Source: Owenia fusiformis (Eukaryota). Taken from it: 64,000 nucleotides of DNA. The position numbers were made by a program, and so were the translations under genes. The stretch is from positions 930,001 through 994,000 of the forward strand of contig CAIIXF020000001.1 of assembly GCA_903813345.2 (NCBI GenBank), read 5' to 3'. The notes below the pieces were generated by a model, which was not told the origin of the DNA, searched no databases, and saw only the letters and a list, made by a program, of their open reading frames with translations. Shown one piece after another: positions 47,506-60,565 of the stretch; position 1 is the stretch's first letter; the number at the start of each line of letters is the position of its first letter.

Positions 47506-50500
47506 CATGCTTAATATATAGTAAACACAGAGGACGTTAAACTTTTGAAAGATTAAGAGGATACCTATTTATGTGACTGTATTGTATTACTGTTTACTGC
47601 ATTAAATGTCAAGTATAATATCTGCTATTTTACAACCGCGTATATTTCACTTATTAATGGTATACAAAATGTTAAATGATATTTTGAAACACATTTAGCA
47701 CTCTCACAATCATTACAATAACAAATCCAAGTGGCTTTCACGATTTAAGTTCCATGTACAATTGAAGAAGTTAGAAATAGACAAAGATAATAAATCTTAA
47801 CCTGAATTAAATTAAAAGTTTTAGATTTCCACACATATTACCTCATTTCCTATATACGTTATATTTAGGGTGAGGATTATGATCTAGAAACTGGGCATGT
47901 GTTAATACAGCCATTCTCTCTGGAATCTTAAAGTCACACTTTTGAAATATGACTAAGTCAGAAAAAGGCTTCTTACTGGTAGTAGAATGCAGTAATCTTG
48001 ATTTACTTCATCAAAGTTCAGTATTCAGTATTTTCATGTTTGAAATCAACATGTAAAATTACATCTAGATATATGGTTTCAAAAGGTGTTTTCTTCTTGC
48101 CATATTGAACAAATATCTTCTTTTATTGTATATATTTTAGGTTGTATAACTATCAGACATATAAGGGTAATATAAAAATTGAACCACTAAAACTGATAAA
48201 TATTCAAGTTTAAGGGAACTTTCTAATACCCTGCCATGTTATCTACCCCGAATTAACCACTTGGTGGTGACAATGGTAACTACCTACACACATCTGCCTC
48301 ATTCGCTTTGAATATTTGAGAAACAATTATTTTTCCAACTATTTTTTCATAATCTCTAAAACAACTTTTGGGAGTCACGAAGAATGGTCCCAATAGGTAT
48401 TAATAAAAATGAATTTGAAAAACGCATTTTGTAGCATTATGGGTCACTGCACTAAATGATCCCTATCTTAGTCTATCTGGGTTCAAACTCTTAATATTCT
48501 CCAAAGTATAGTTTGACATTGAATTTGTTATTGTAAACCTAAAAATAATCCATTCTGGCCATAGGGGTAATTGTCATATTGAAATTGATTTTCATGAAAT
48601 TCATAAATGACCCCTTGGGGATGAAAGGGTTAATATCTAATTTGGCATTCACTAAAAATTCAAATTGAGGTCAGATTCTTCCCATTCAGCTTTCCAACGG
48701 TGTATTGGAACCTTAGTTCAGAGGTGGTCATTTATAGCACCCTAGTTTGCTCTACTTATTGCATTATTGTAGAAATTGTTTTTAGTTTTCCTCAAATACA
48801 GTATACATTTTGTTCTTAGGGATAAAAAGGAATGATATGAGCCCAACAATTATAAAATTGAAACAATATTTTCAAGAGTACTCTGAGACTTGTGAGGCCC
48901 ATCTTGCTAGTCTGATACTACCTTTTTACATGGATTCTGTTATATTTTAGATGTACCTGTAGTCACGTTATTGCTGACAGTGATCATCATGGTTTTGATA
49001 TCACAGAGTGAAAGTATAACCATAGCAGATAAGACAAAGATTGATAAAGGCCTTACAGCGGGACATGAGATTTTCAATTATATAGCAGATAAAAAGTTTT
49101 CAGAATCCCTAACTAAAATTTCTTCCGCAATCGGACCATTCTTGGGGGCATTTGGTCCATTTGTCAGCTTGGTTCTTACGTTTGTCCCATCATCGGATAC
49201 AGCAGTTGTGCAATTGTTGACAGGGATGATGGACAGAATCGAGAACAGATTTGATCAAGTAGATTCACGTTTTGATGAAATAAAACGGCTGGTTGAATGG
49301 ACTGATGAAGCGGTGAACTTTGGGCAAATAGAACAGAAGATATGGGCGATGAATGTAGCATATAGGAGACTTTATCGTGGAAATGGAACTGGAGAAGCAG
49401 CAAATAGGAAACAGGCATATATTGATGAATTTGACAATAATTATCAACAAAGTGGAATAAACCTCTACCATGCAATAGTTAACAAACATGGCACGTTTCA
49501 GGAAAATCTTGGAGAATCAATAATGCGTTTCACTGACTACGACCGCAAGAAGACACAAGATTTTCTTCTTGGCATTTTGCGACTCATCTTGAATGCGGCA
49601 AAAATCGAAATCGCTTACTACAATGTGAAACAATTCAACTCGATTGCAGAGGAAAGGAAGTCTGAATGGGAAACAAAGATTCAAAGAGTGAAATCTGAAT
49701 TTGAACATATCGATAAGACAGTTATTCATCAGTGTCATTCTCAATCTAAAAAGGACATCAAAAAGATTTCTGCCGATAATTATAAAATGGGCAATGAACA
49801 ATTTAGTAGTAAATTGTATGACATGTTAACAGAGAAATACTATTGGCGTAATTGGTTGGTCGTTGTTTATGATGAAGTACGTGGTTTTGACAAGCATACC
49901 GTCAGCCAATGTGGTGGATATATAAAATTTCGAAAAGACGGACGAAATCTAGTTGTTGCAAGTTTGGACAAGAATCAGGATGTGCAACAAATGTCTAGGC
50001 AAAGCGCACGAACGAAGTTGATCAAAAATGGAAAGTATGCAAAGGAACTTGTAAAGGTGATGGTTTTGCCTGCTGGGTATCCCAAGCCTAAGATTCCATA
50101 TGCCAGGATACTTTATAAAAAGATCGATACAAAAAGCGCATGTAGCACCATTTCTATTATTTCAAGTGCGAATGTCTGGCACAGGGGTCCTGTGAGCAAA
50201 CTTGTTTTTCGCCAATATTATGGTAACCTGCAAGCAATTTTGTTTGGGAACTTTAATACTTCCAAAATAACTCCAAGCAGTAACTGGATGTCAATGTCTC
50301 GTCAAGACATTAAAGATTTAGCATCCGATTATGATCGCATAAGCAACAAATATTTTAGTAGCAGATTGTACGACATGTTAAAGGAAAGGTATTATTGGCG
50401 CGATTGGTTTGTAGTTGTATACGATGATATAAAGGGGTTTTCCAAGCATACAGTTCGGAAATGTGGTGGACATATTCTATTTCGGCAAAATAGAAGAAAC

Positions 50501-50770
50501 ATAATGGTGTCGAGCATTGACAAGAATAAGAGTGTTGGTACAAGGACATTGCAAAGCGCAAAGTCAAGCTTGAAAAACATTCCATGGAAAGGGACGGGAG
50601 ATACATTCGCAAAGAGAATGTATAACAAGATCGATAAGACAGAGGCGTGTGGTGTTGTTTCTGTTTTGACAAATGCGCATGTATCGTACAGAGGTGATAA
50701 AGACAAGATTGCTTATCGTAATTTAAAGGGTCACTTACATATGATCCTGTTTGGTAAATTCAAAAACTAG
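46977..50770 (+). CDS. Secreted 608-aa protein: rapunzel/SE-cephalotoxin-like helical N-terminal domain plus two tandem C-terminal repeats
   Basis: join(46977-46983,48951-50770): ATGGCAG|GT...tattttAG|AT gives the signal peptide MADVPVVTLLLTVIIMVLISQSES. An amphipathic segment ISSAIGPFLGAFGPFVSLVLTFV is followed by a coiled coil. Two ~155-170-aa repeats each contain FSS(K/R)LYDML.E(K/R)YYWR.W.VVVYD...GF.KHTV..CGG.I.FR. AATAAA at 50935. The family assignment is by recalled motif similarity only. Confidence 0.85.
47473..47505. repeat. (GATT)n microsatellite
   Basis: About 8 GATT units. Confidence 0.9.
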
Positions 50771-52163
50771 AAGTTTTCAGAACAGAGATTTTAGAGGACA
50801 CTGAACCCACAAATTGAAAACAATTAAAAAAGTGATATCAACGTAGGTTCTGTATTCAACTATTTTCTCAGATTGTAGTTTTTTAGCTAGATTAGTTCCT
50901 TATTTTGTACATGTCGTGATTTGATACTATTGTCAATAAAAGAAATTCATATAATTCAAAATATTCAAATCAGTGCTAATCGGCGGATTATCTAGTTTTA
51001 TTTCTCGATTTACATCTACTTATAAGTCACGATGTGGATTATAATTTGGCTCGAAGTTATGGGAGATAGTCTAGTTTGAGAATGTGTCGATGGTTTTAGG
51101 TTTGGTATGTTAACGAAGACCCATTTCACATATTTAGTCCCTCGCTTTTGTTACACTGACGATCGGCATTAATATTGCCAAAGAGGCGATAAGTGGAAAA
51201 TCATGGAAACAAAATTAAACAAATGAAACTGATGATTTTTTCCTTTAAATAAAATAAATGCCAATGGTATAACATTTCTTAAGACGAAATATTTAACCAC
51301 TGTACTGTATTGTAAAATTGTTAAATGTAGGTTTACCATGTCATTCCGAACTAATCGTATTAGAGCAAAAAGTACGAACAAGCAAGCCAATGTCATGGTT
51401 GAAAAAACCTTCTTTACTAGCTGTTGAAAATGCATTCTACCTATCCCATAAAAATCTACTTGTTGAGACTCGATTAACTTGACTTCTTCTGAGATAATAA
51501 GGATATCAGCAAGTGTTTTGACTTAACATGAGCCCGGGGATATACACAATTGAGTCAAAAGCTGCATATGCATAGGATAGACACAAAATTATCGTTATCT
51601 CAGGAGAACACAAGTTGATTGAAAGATGGCGAAGTTATTTGCATCACGTAATTCAATTATTTCTGATCAAGATGGTAAGCATATTTGTATATCGGGAATC
51701 CCAAAAAGTGAGGCGTTTTCTCAGTAACAAATTAGCTAAATCTTTGAAATTTTTTTATTGAGGAACTAGTGTTTCATAAGCAAGAGCCATATATAAGAAA
51801 GATATAAGTTATAGGGAGAGTATTGTTAAATTAAAAACAGCACGCAAAAATATTCAATATCAACGGAAAAGTCACGCAATCCAATCTGAAAGGAACTGAA
51901 AGTATTTTTTGAGCAATAGCAATAATTTGAACATTTGTATTGAGGAAATAAAGAGGGCATATATCTTTTATAGACTCAATAAACATTCCATGTAAATGAC
52001 ATATCAGTCACTACAGTGTACAAAAAACTAAAAACTACAACTACATACTACAAAACTACTTTACATCAGTTTCACATGTCAGGGTATGATATCAGTGTGG
52101 TGTATCCATAATACATGCGTTTTAAAAAAATGTTTACATAATATTTATCATTTTCCAAATTTT

Positions 52164-52490
52164 TTAAAGAGTGATATACAAGGCTAAATGTAAGTTAACA
52201 TGAAAGCTTTTACTAGACATAATAGTTTCAAACAGTTTATCTGGATCTTTGCACTGTTTCAGATCAGATTCTAAAGTTTCAAACAAAAGCTCTCTGTGTT
52301 TTAAGTTCTTTGTACAGCTTGTGATAAAGTGAAGCTCATCCTCAATTACCCCACATTCACAACACAACCTTTCACTTGTGGGTTTTGGCTTTGGTTTTGA
52401 GTACCGCCCAACTTCTATCTGTAATTTATGTGAACTCATCCTGAGCCTGGTTAATGCATGTCTATACTTTTTATTTTGAATGTTTAAATA
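52164..52490 (-). mobile_element. 5'-truncated non-LTR retrotransposon (CR1/L2-group ORF2 C-terminus)
   Basis: RHALTRLRMSSHKLQIEVGRY...ERLCCECGVIEDELHFITSC is the typical post-RT cysteine-rich C-terminal motif; no RT core is present. Confidence 0.8.
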
Positions 52491-53891
52491 TAATCCTTTG
52501 AATTGGTGAAAGTATTTTTGAAAAAAGTGCTATGAATATAAAAGAGATCGATTACAAACTTTTTAGTAAAATCTGAAAATACAATATAACCTAAAAGTAT
52601 TTTAAGATTCTTGGAAGAATTTTCATTGCTGGAAATGTTAACATAATATACTTGTTTCTTTTTAAATAGTCAGAAGAAACTGTCATTTTTTCTCTGACCT
52701 GGTAGCAATAACAAATGTAGACAGATACAGATACGAATTCGTAACGTTACGAGGTTTCTGTTTATGACCACCCGAATGTGACAACTCCAAGAATAAAAGA
52801 AGGTTGGGCTATACACGTTTTTCAGAGAATATCTACGTTAATGTGTAAAATTATGGTCCGTTACGTATGTCCGTTGTATTCATAGTATAAACTTGCCAAG
52901 CTGAGAGTAAAGCTATTAGGGAAATAGCTGCGTGTAGGTCCCTGTAAAACAATTGAGAGAGAGGGGGGAAGTAATTGATGGGTCATAATATTACAAGTTC
53001 ACCCGTAACTTAACCTCATATTATTAATGAAATTTCCGATTCCAAAATGGATGATTGGTGTAAGGATTAATGATTCCCTCTAATTAAATGCATATTTATT
53101 GTCGTTATATTGTCACTACGGACTGATCCGTGATGAAGACAAATGTCCATTGGCTTCTTAAAGCAGGTATTTTAACAATTACTATGCATCTGCGATCTTG
53201 TCAAATCCGAGATTTTACTGTCACAAGCAGCTTATATGCAAATGACCCGTTCTCATGGTATACAATCATGGTATTAATTTTTGCTGGAGTCACTTCTCGA
53301 GAACGTCTACTGCAAAGCTCGTTGTTCAAAATGGCGGACATAAGAGTCGTAGTGAATGTTTAATCTCCTTGATCCCGTGTGTACACTCCCCTCCATAAGT
53401 TTGGCAACCTTTTTGGATTTTTGTGTGATCAACATTTCAAATTGGAAATTTTGAGAGAACGTTTTGCCACATAGTTTCACTAATATATTATGTAAAGTCA
53501 TGAAATCTTGGCATTATGTTTGACTGATATTCAACAATCTTTACGTAGCGTTGGAATTGTAATTAAAATGTAGAATCGATGTTGTTAAGGCTAAATCTTT
53601 GAGAGGTTCATTTTTGTTAGTTTTTGTTGCTTTTTTGTGCTGAAAGTGCACGATCATAGCCCTGCGAGTTTTGCAAACATAAAAAGTAACATATTAAATT
53701 TATGATTGCCATGTCGCTTTGTTTTATTGTCCATTATCATATTACATTTTATATGCTTAACTGTGCCGTAAACAGGCAATTAATGAAAATCTGTCATTAT
53801 TTAACATGAAATTGCGCTCGTGATGTAACATACTTTAAATAAGCACAAATGTTATAAAAGTGATTTTAATATGAAGTCAACAAGTTGATTA

Positions 53892-55080
53892 TCAATATCT
53901 AGTGGGATAACCCCGACTTAGGATAAGGGCATGAACTCTTCTGGGCATGCTTTCAAAGAGTCTCCTGGTGTACTGCCCAGGGATTTGAACCCATGCTCTA
54001 TGAACGGCAATTTCCAGCTCGCGGAGGTTGTTCATTTGAAGATTCTGTATCTGGCGATCAATATAATGCCACATATTTTCAATAAGTGATTGGTCTGCTG
54101 AATATGGTGGCCATCTCATTTTGTTAACGCCGCTTTGAAAGAACCACTCTTCAACTTGATTCGCAGTATGAACGGGAGCGTTGTCCTGTTGAAAGACGCA
54201 GCGCTGCTCACTGTCACCAAGCATCTGTTCAATGGATGGTAGAAGTTTCTCCTGCAAAATATCTCTATGTACCCCTCTCGTGATGACTCCAGGGACCGTG
54301 ACTAGCTCCCCAACACCATGATACCCGACGCACCCACAAAACATGAGACCACCACGTCTTACAGTTCGTCCCATGTAGAGGCACTCTGGGTTGTATTTCT
54401 CAGCATTCGTGCGCTACACAATCGTCCTGCCATCATTTTCTCCAATATTGTATCTCGTTTCATCCGAAAAAACTACGTAAGACCAATGAGTATTGACATT
54501 CTAAAACCGGAAAACATTTGCCCATTTCAATCGTCGTTGTCGTATGATGGGGGGAGTAATAGGCTTTTCTTGGCTATTCGACCGTACAGACTTCTGTTAT
54601 GTAAACCGAATGAATAAAGACATTTTATAGAGCAAATAAAACTTTAAAACAAAACCAGCATTGTCGGCAATAGTTAGCAATTATTGCGTAAAGTTGATGA
54701 ATATTTTCGAGAAGTTCGTCAAAATTGAAGTAGGAAAAATAAAAAGTGACAATATCGCACCTTCTCCTGATAGTAGAGTAGCTTGCACGTATGTTAAAGT
54801 TCATCTGCCAGAAGGTTTTCAGTCTTGGGACTGTTGTCTTACGTTCTAGCAGGGTATGGTTGACAAGGGCGCGGTCCTCTCTCAATGTAGAAATGTAAGG
54901 CCTTCCAGAGAGGGGTCGGTCCCTGTTTGACCTTGTATTTCGAAATCGTTTAATGGTTTTTGATATTGTGCCCTTGCAGCGATTCAGCGTTAGACCAATA
55001 TATCGCAACGTCCGACCCTCATTGCAGAGGGCAATAACGGTTACCCGTTCATCACGAGTAAGCTGTCGTGCAGACTCCAT
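53892..55080 (-). pseudogene. Tc1 transposase (DD34E), disrupted, one intron
   Basis: The paired-like HTH exon 55080-54761 (…SGRP…TIRRR, donor AG|GTGCG) is followed by an intron to about 54606 with a degenerate acceptor. Catalytic motifs VFSDET, QQDNAPVH and SADQSLIENMW have 34-aa D-E spacing. One frameshift and two TAG stops. Confidence 0.88.
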
Positions 55081-55217
55081 GAGAAATGAGCGAAATGTTA
55101 ACGTTAACATACGTGTATCAAGACAGTGACCAAATCACTCATTCACTGTCATGCATGATGGAATCAATTGTTCAGAACTCATTTCACCAAAAAAGATAAA
55201 AAAATATATCTCATCAA

Positions 55218-55392
55218 ACCGGTGTAAAAGGGTAGGAGGTCCTATCAAATTATGGTCCTACTTTATATTGATTTATATGGTGGCCTAAATGCAACTCTTT
55301 CCCTTGTTATCGTATCCACAATCAGGGCCGGTAAGGGCCTTTAAGAAAGTGGACCATAATCCCCAGGGGACCATAATTTCTTTCACACCGGT
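55218..55392. mobile_element. Unclassified MITE, copy 2, nested in the Tc1 5' region
   Basis: accggtgt...acaccggt termini; homologous to 35432-35593. Confidence 0.7.
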
Positions 55393-55852
55393 ATTCTATT
55401 TTTAAAAAGGGCACTCCCAATATGTGACCAAATCATGTACCCTCGTCATAGCGAACGAAATAAGCCATTCAAATGCACTAATGCATTCAATAATTGTAGA
55501 TTATAAAGATCACTTATATCAAACATCCATCTTATCGAAAATATGATGAAAAATTTATTTCTGGAGAAATACTGATTTGAATCTTCTACCATGCGGAAAT
55601 TGTTTACAATTCATTTTTACATGTATAAAAAGGTTGCCAAACTTATGGAGGGGAGTGTATGGCCTACTGTTGGTACTTCAGATATTGTTAGTGCTTCACC
55701 TGAAATACTCGATTCTGATTGGTTGATTAGCAGTCAACAATATGTATTGTAAGTCGTTGGGTCATATGGTGGGTACTATGGTGTGATATTCACCCCCCCC
55801 CAAAAAAAAGAAAAGTTTGACAACCCTAGCTCCCTCATTGAACTACAGGGTA

Positions 55853-56503
55853 CGTGTTAAAGCCTCTTTATAATAGAGAGGTTAAGCAATTACAATTACA
55901 ATTGTAATAGGTCGAAAATTGATGATAAAAATGGATCTTTGAAAATCGTCATTCTCATGTAAACCAATGGGAAATGGTTTGTTCGGCGCAAATCAGATTT
56001 CACGATATCTATCCAGTAAAAGGTTTACCAAAAAGATTTTTAAATAGAAAATTGAATTGTCTAACTGTTTTTGTACGCTAAGTGTTTAGTTTACTTTATG
56101 AATACTAAAGTTACAGAGCTTCAATTCAATGGGAGGAGTTTTTTGAAAAATAATTTCCACTTTAAAGACCTATTATTTTTTTGAACCCGAAGAAACACAT
56201 CAATTGACAATTTCAATTGACTACCTAACTTGTATTTTTGCGAGAACTAGATAGATAGAGAGCTATTTTGTCATATGCCTTGCGACAACCCTATCATTTC
56301 CAATTTGTTTTAACATGGAAGTGTCGATTTTCAAAACTTCATCAGATTTGTCAACCATTTCCGATCTATTGTAATTGTTGAAAAAATTTAGAAAAATTGG
56401 AGGTATTGGAAATGATGTCAATTTATATTTCCAACCCTAAAAGTAGTTTTTTTCTTTATAGATTATGCAAATAGAAATACAAATATAAAGAGGTTTTAAC
56501 ACG
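55853..56503. mobile_element. MITE with TA TSD
   Basis: TIR cgtgttaaa-cctcttta, TA flanks and further internal degenerate inverted blocks. Confidence 0.65.
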
Positions 56504-59500
56504 TAGTTCAACAAACTCATAAAATAGTCTACAATAAATCAATATTTTCCTTGAAATAAAATCTTAGGCAACTTTTTTTTTAAAAGAAGATAACTCCCGT
56601 TACATGATTCTGGTTATAATTTCAGAAATAGAATCGGTTCAATTACATTCCTTAGAATATCAAATATATTTTGAGACCATGTCGGTATTTTGGATAAACG
56701 CATATGCCAAACTAACACAAGAACATGTATATCAACCATTGATGTCGCTTCATTCTACATGTTACTTTCATAACATAATAGTTCCATAACATTAATTTGA
56801 ATGGTCATAGTATTGAGAATATATGTTGTCATGAAGTAGCTTTTAAATTTAGAAATGCATGAACAGACTAAGTGATTAGTGCAACGATTTTTAAAGGTGG
56901 AATAATTAGTGCAGACATGGATAGAGCCCATGGTGCAGAGGGGTCATTCAACGATCATGGACCAGAGTCAAAATATATTTAAGTTTGGATATTTCATCAA
57001 GACTAACATCTATTTTTATTATCTACAAAGAAACCCCCTAGATTAACATTATTTTAGCTGATATTCTTAATGAAACATGGTGGATCTTAAAAATATAAAA
57101 GTGGAAGTCCCCTTTTTGAAGCTTTGAACTGAATTTACACTTCTTAATGCTGAAATTGATAATTTATCCATACATTTTAAGAAAATAGGTATGTCAAAGA
57201 AGATGTTAACCCAAATGTTGCCTTGATAGCTCAGAAAAAATGAAAAAAACATTCATATTTTCTCTACAGTCCTTATTGCCCCTTTAATGTTGGGCATGCC
57301 GGGTAATTTACAAGGCGGCCATTTTGCTTTACAAGGACCCAGTCTGCAACTCACGTCTTTTATTACACAATATTCCTTGAAATTAATTCCGGCGACTATA
57401 TTCCGCAAATAGCAGCTGCATTTCATGCCTCTACTATTTTTTGAGTAATTGGCAATATGGTTTTGAAAAGTGGAAGTTCTGCTCTCCAATTATACTGAAT
57501 TGCTCTGTCTTATGACTTCAATATCTGATCTCATATTTTGTTCAGGTATTTCATAATTCAGTCAATATGGTACAACGAAAATGGGACTTCTGCGCATGTT
57601 AAAAGTTTTCGTCAAAACTCAACTTTTGTTCAAGTTGATACGATTGTCTTTCGAACTAGAAACTTACCTCATTCGAAAGATCATAAAAGACTTTATCTAT
57701 ACTGAAAATCTTAGATCCAAGCATAGTAGAATACGCCGTCAGTCCGCATTTGATTTTTTGAAGTGAGTTTCGAAGATCGTCAGATTTCTCCGACTGATAT
57801 CGGGTTATCTCAAATTGGTTCGTTTATAAATACGAATTTCTTTACCGTTGTAAGGCGCATGCGCCAAATTGATTTATAAACGTTATTGGTCAATGGTTTT
57901 TCTACTGAGCATGCGTGAAGTCTGATGAACACTTATGACGAAGACCGGAGCAAACATTACTAGCTCTCGAACGAAATTCCAAGATTCAGATCATTTCGCC
58001 GTGTTTGCTAAGCGTGTATACGTGAATGACAAGCTGTTTTGAGTAGATCAGGTACCTGTTTTAGACACAACATTGATTTAGCTTGACATTGATGTGCACA
58101 TTGGCACTTTTGAGCATGTTAATACAAGTTTTTACACTCTTAGCACGAGACGGGTTTTCGAAAAATCTGATCTGATTATCTGATTCACTCGATTATCGTA
58201 TGGATATGTATTTCTGCTGACATTTCAACACCACATCACATAGAATTACGATGCAGAATGATAATAAAACACATAACAACTACTAAATTCCACTTGTTAT
58301 TTCACAGGAGATAAAAATGCAAACTGCCTAGATTCTTTGTATGGGTCGTCAGACATCGGATTGGCCGCCATATTTGAAATGAAAATATCACTAAATAGAG
58401 GTCTGAGCATGTCTCAACATTTCGACTGAATTGTAAGAACTACACTATCATTTTTATTTTAATTGGAAATAGATATTTCCTCCAACATTCTTCTACTCTG
58501 TAAGATCACTAGTACTCCTCCAGCCACATAAAGTTAAACCAGAATAACTACGCCCATAGCCAATAATTAGGATATGCTTTACAGAGTGGGCCAAAATGAA
58601 CAAATCGCCTTGTCACATTTAATTTTTCATATGAGAATCCAGTGACAGACCTGCAATTAGAAATGAGATTTGTTCTGCTCTTCTACAAAAACACTAATTT
58701 AGTTTTACGTCAAGTGTCATTCAGGTCCTCATTGTATCTATTTGACAAGTGTTTGTATTAACTACGATAGTTTATCATGCTATGTTGTACCAATTCCATA
58801 TATTAAGTTTACAGACAAACCGTTTCCATCAGTCAAATATTAGTTGTCACTGATTTGTCAGTTATACTACACCATTTTGCGCTATCAATGGAAATAAATA
58901 TATTTGACGTATTTTGAATCGCGTAGGCAAGTGTGACGACACGATGGTTACTGCCGTCATCGAAAAGCGCCGCAGTGTCGTGTTGAAAGTTATTTACCTT
59001 TGCTTTCGTGTCCGCTGATGAATTACTTAATGATGGACCTCTCAGTCGTCAGTTCTTTGAAATATAAATTGCATCAGTTGAATTGACATTAGTTAACTTG
59101 ATGAATTACAATTATACAGGTGTACGGGAACACAATCGACCGTCATGTCAAGTACAACTCAACATTGGCTCCTTGTTTTCGTACGGAAGGTAGCGTAAGA
59201 AGCTCTTAGCCTTTCGAGTGGTTGATGAAGGAGTTGAAGTTTGTGAAATACATCATTGTTGACTGAACCAGTTCAATTTATTCCGGGCTGTGGTGTTATT
59301 TCCATGTATTGAATAGAATCGATACTGCTTTCCCCGTTTATGAAAGTCCACATTTCTCCCCTGCCCGATCGTATCACTTTATCTGCTTGTGAAAACAATA
59401 TTCTTATTGTTAATCGTAGCGTATCCTGCAAATGAATATTCCTCACAAATCGCAGGATATCCTGAAAATAGGGAACGATAGTAGTTGGTTATTAAAAGAG

Positions 59501-59767
59501 GCTTGTAAACCAGTTTCAAATTAGAAGTCATAATGTACGATATTTTCCAAACGAATGCGTTGTGCTAAGATCATCTTACAGATTACAGCAGCTATTACAA
59601 CCAACTGTCATGTCAGCTCATCAATATTATCAGATACTTATAAAAGACTTAATGAGGATGTATAGTTATTTTGGATCAAGGTAAAGCGTTCTTGAGCAAC
59701 CAGGAAGCACACATGTCAAAGCAGCTCAGTAACAAACAGTTGCAGCTAACTGGGGCATCTAACCCCC

Positions 59768-60565
59768 TTATCACACCAAACTAGTTCTTGCCCGTTCTTG
59801 CCAGTCCTACGAAAACGTCGTAAAACGGGCTCAATCTGCCTGTGGTCGGGAAATATGTCTGAAATAATTAGCTTCTTCGTTCTTAAACAGTCTTCAATAC
59901 GTCCATCTCGTTTGCAGTTCGTTCAGGTCGCACCACGTCGGTGTGCAACGTCGCAGAACGCGTCCCTTAGTCTAGAAGGTCAACATGACCTGATTACAGA
60001 ACGGTATGGTCGCCATCGAATTTTGAATCGATTCAAAATTCTAAAATCACATTCCCGTCTGAGAACGTTCATAAAGTTCGTAAATAGACCTTAGAAAGTT
60101 GCAGCTACGTTCATTCCGTTCGCACACAGTTTCAAACCAGTTTTGAAGAACGCAGTGGCAACCTTTTTGGTGTGATAGCTATATTTTTGCTAACTCGTTC
60201 ATAAGCAGTGTTAAATACGTTCTTAATCAGTTTAAACCCGTTTGCAATTAGTGTTACCTCGTTCTCAACACGTCCTCAGACAGTTCAACCCGTTGTTAAA
60301 ACGTCCCTAGTAGGATTGAAGTACGACGGTTCCGTTCGTAGTACGTCCAGCTCGTCGTTAGTACGTTGTCACTCGTTCTAATTGTAGAATGTGACGACCA
60401 CGAGAACATTTTGAGCATTGTCTAAGTTCTAGAGGACCTACCCGTTCGAGTACGTTCGATGAAGTTTGTAAATAGATCCCAAACGGTTCTTAGTAGGTCC
60501 AGTCCGTTCGTACACAGTTGAAGCCCGTTTTCGAGAACGTAGTGAGAACTAGTTTGGTGTGATAG
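59768..60565. mobile_element. TIR element (MITE) with a duplicated right end
   Basis: TIR tatcacaccaaactagttct / agaactagtttggtgtgata; a diverged copy of the right terminal ~105 bp lies at 60073-60180. Confidence 0.65.

Larger units (their letters stand above)
53384..55657 (-). mobile_element. Tc1-family DNA transposon, full length, inactive
   Basis: Perfect 31-bp TIR cactcccctccataagtttggcaaccttttt; TA TSD at 53382-53383 and 55658-55659. Confidence 0.93.

Noticed and set aside
49176-50706. Antisense ORFs over the 608-aa gene
   Set aside because: Shadow ORFs of a genuine coding exon.
52164-52439. 91-aa Cys-rich ORF as a host zinc-finger gene
   Set aside because: It matches the C-terminal motif of LINE ORF2 and has no start or splice context.
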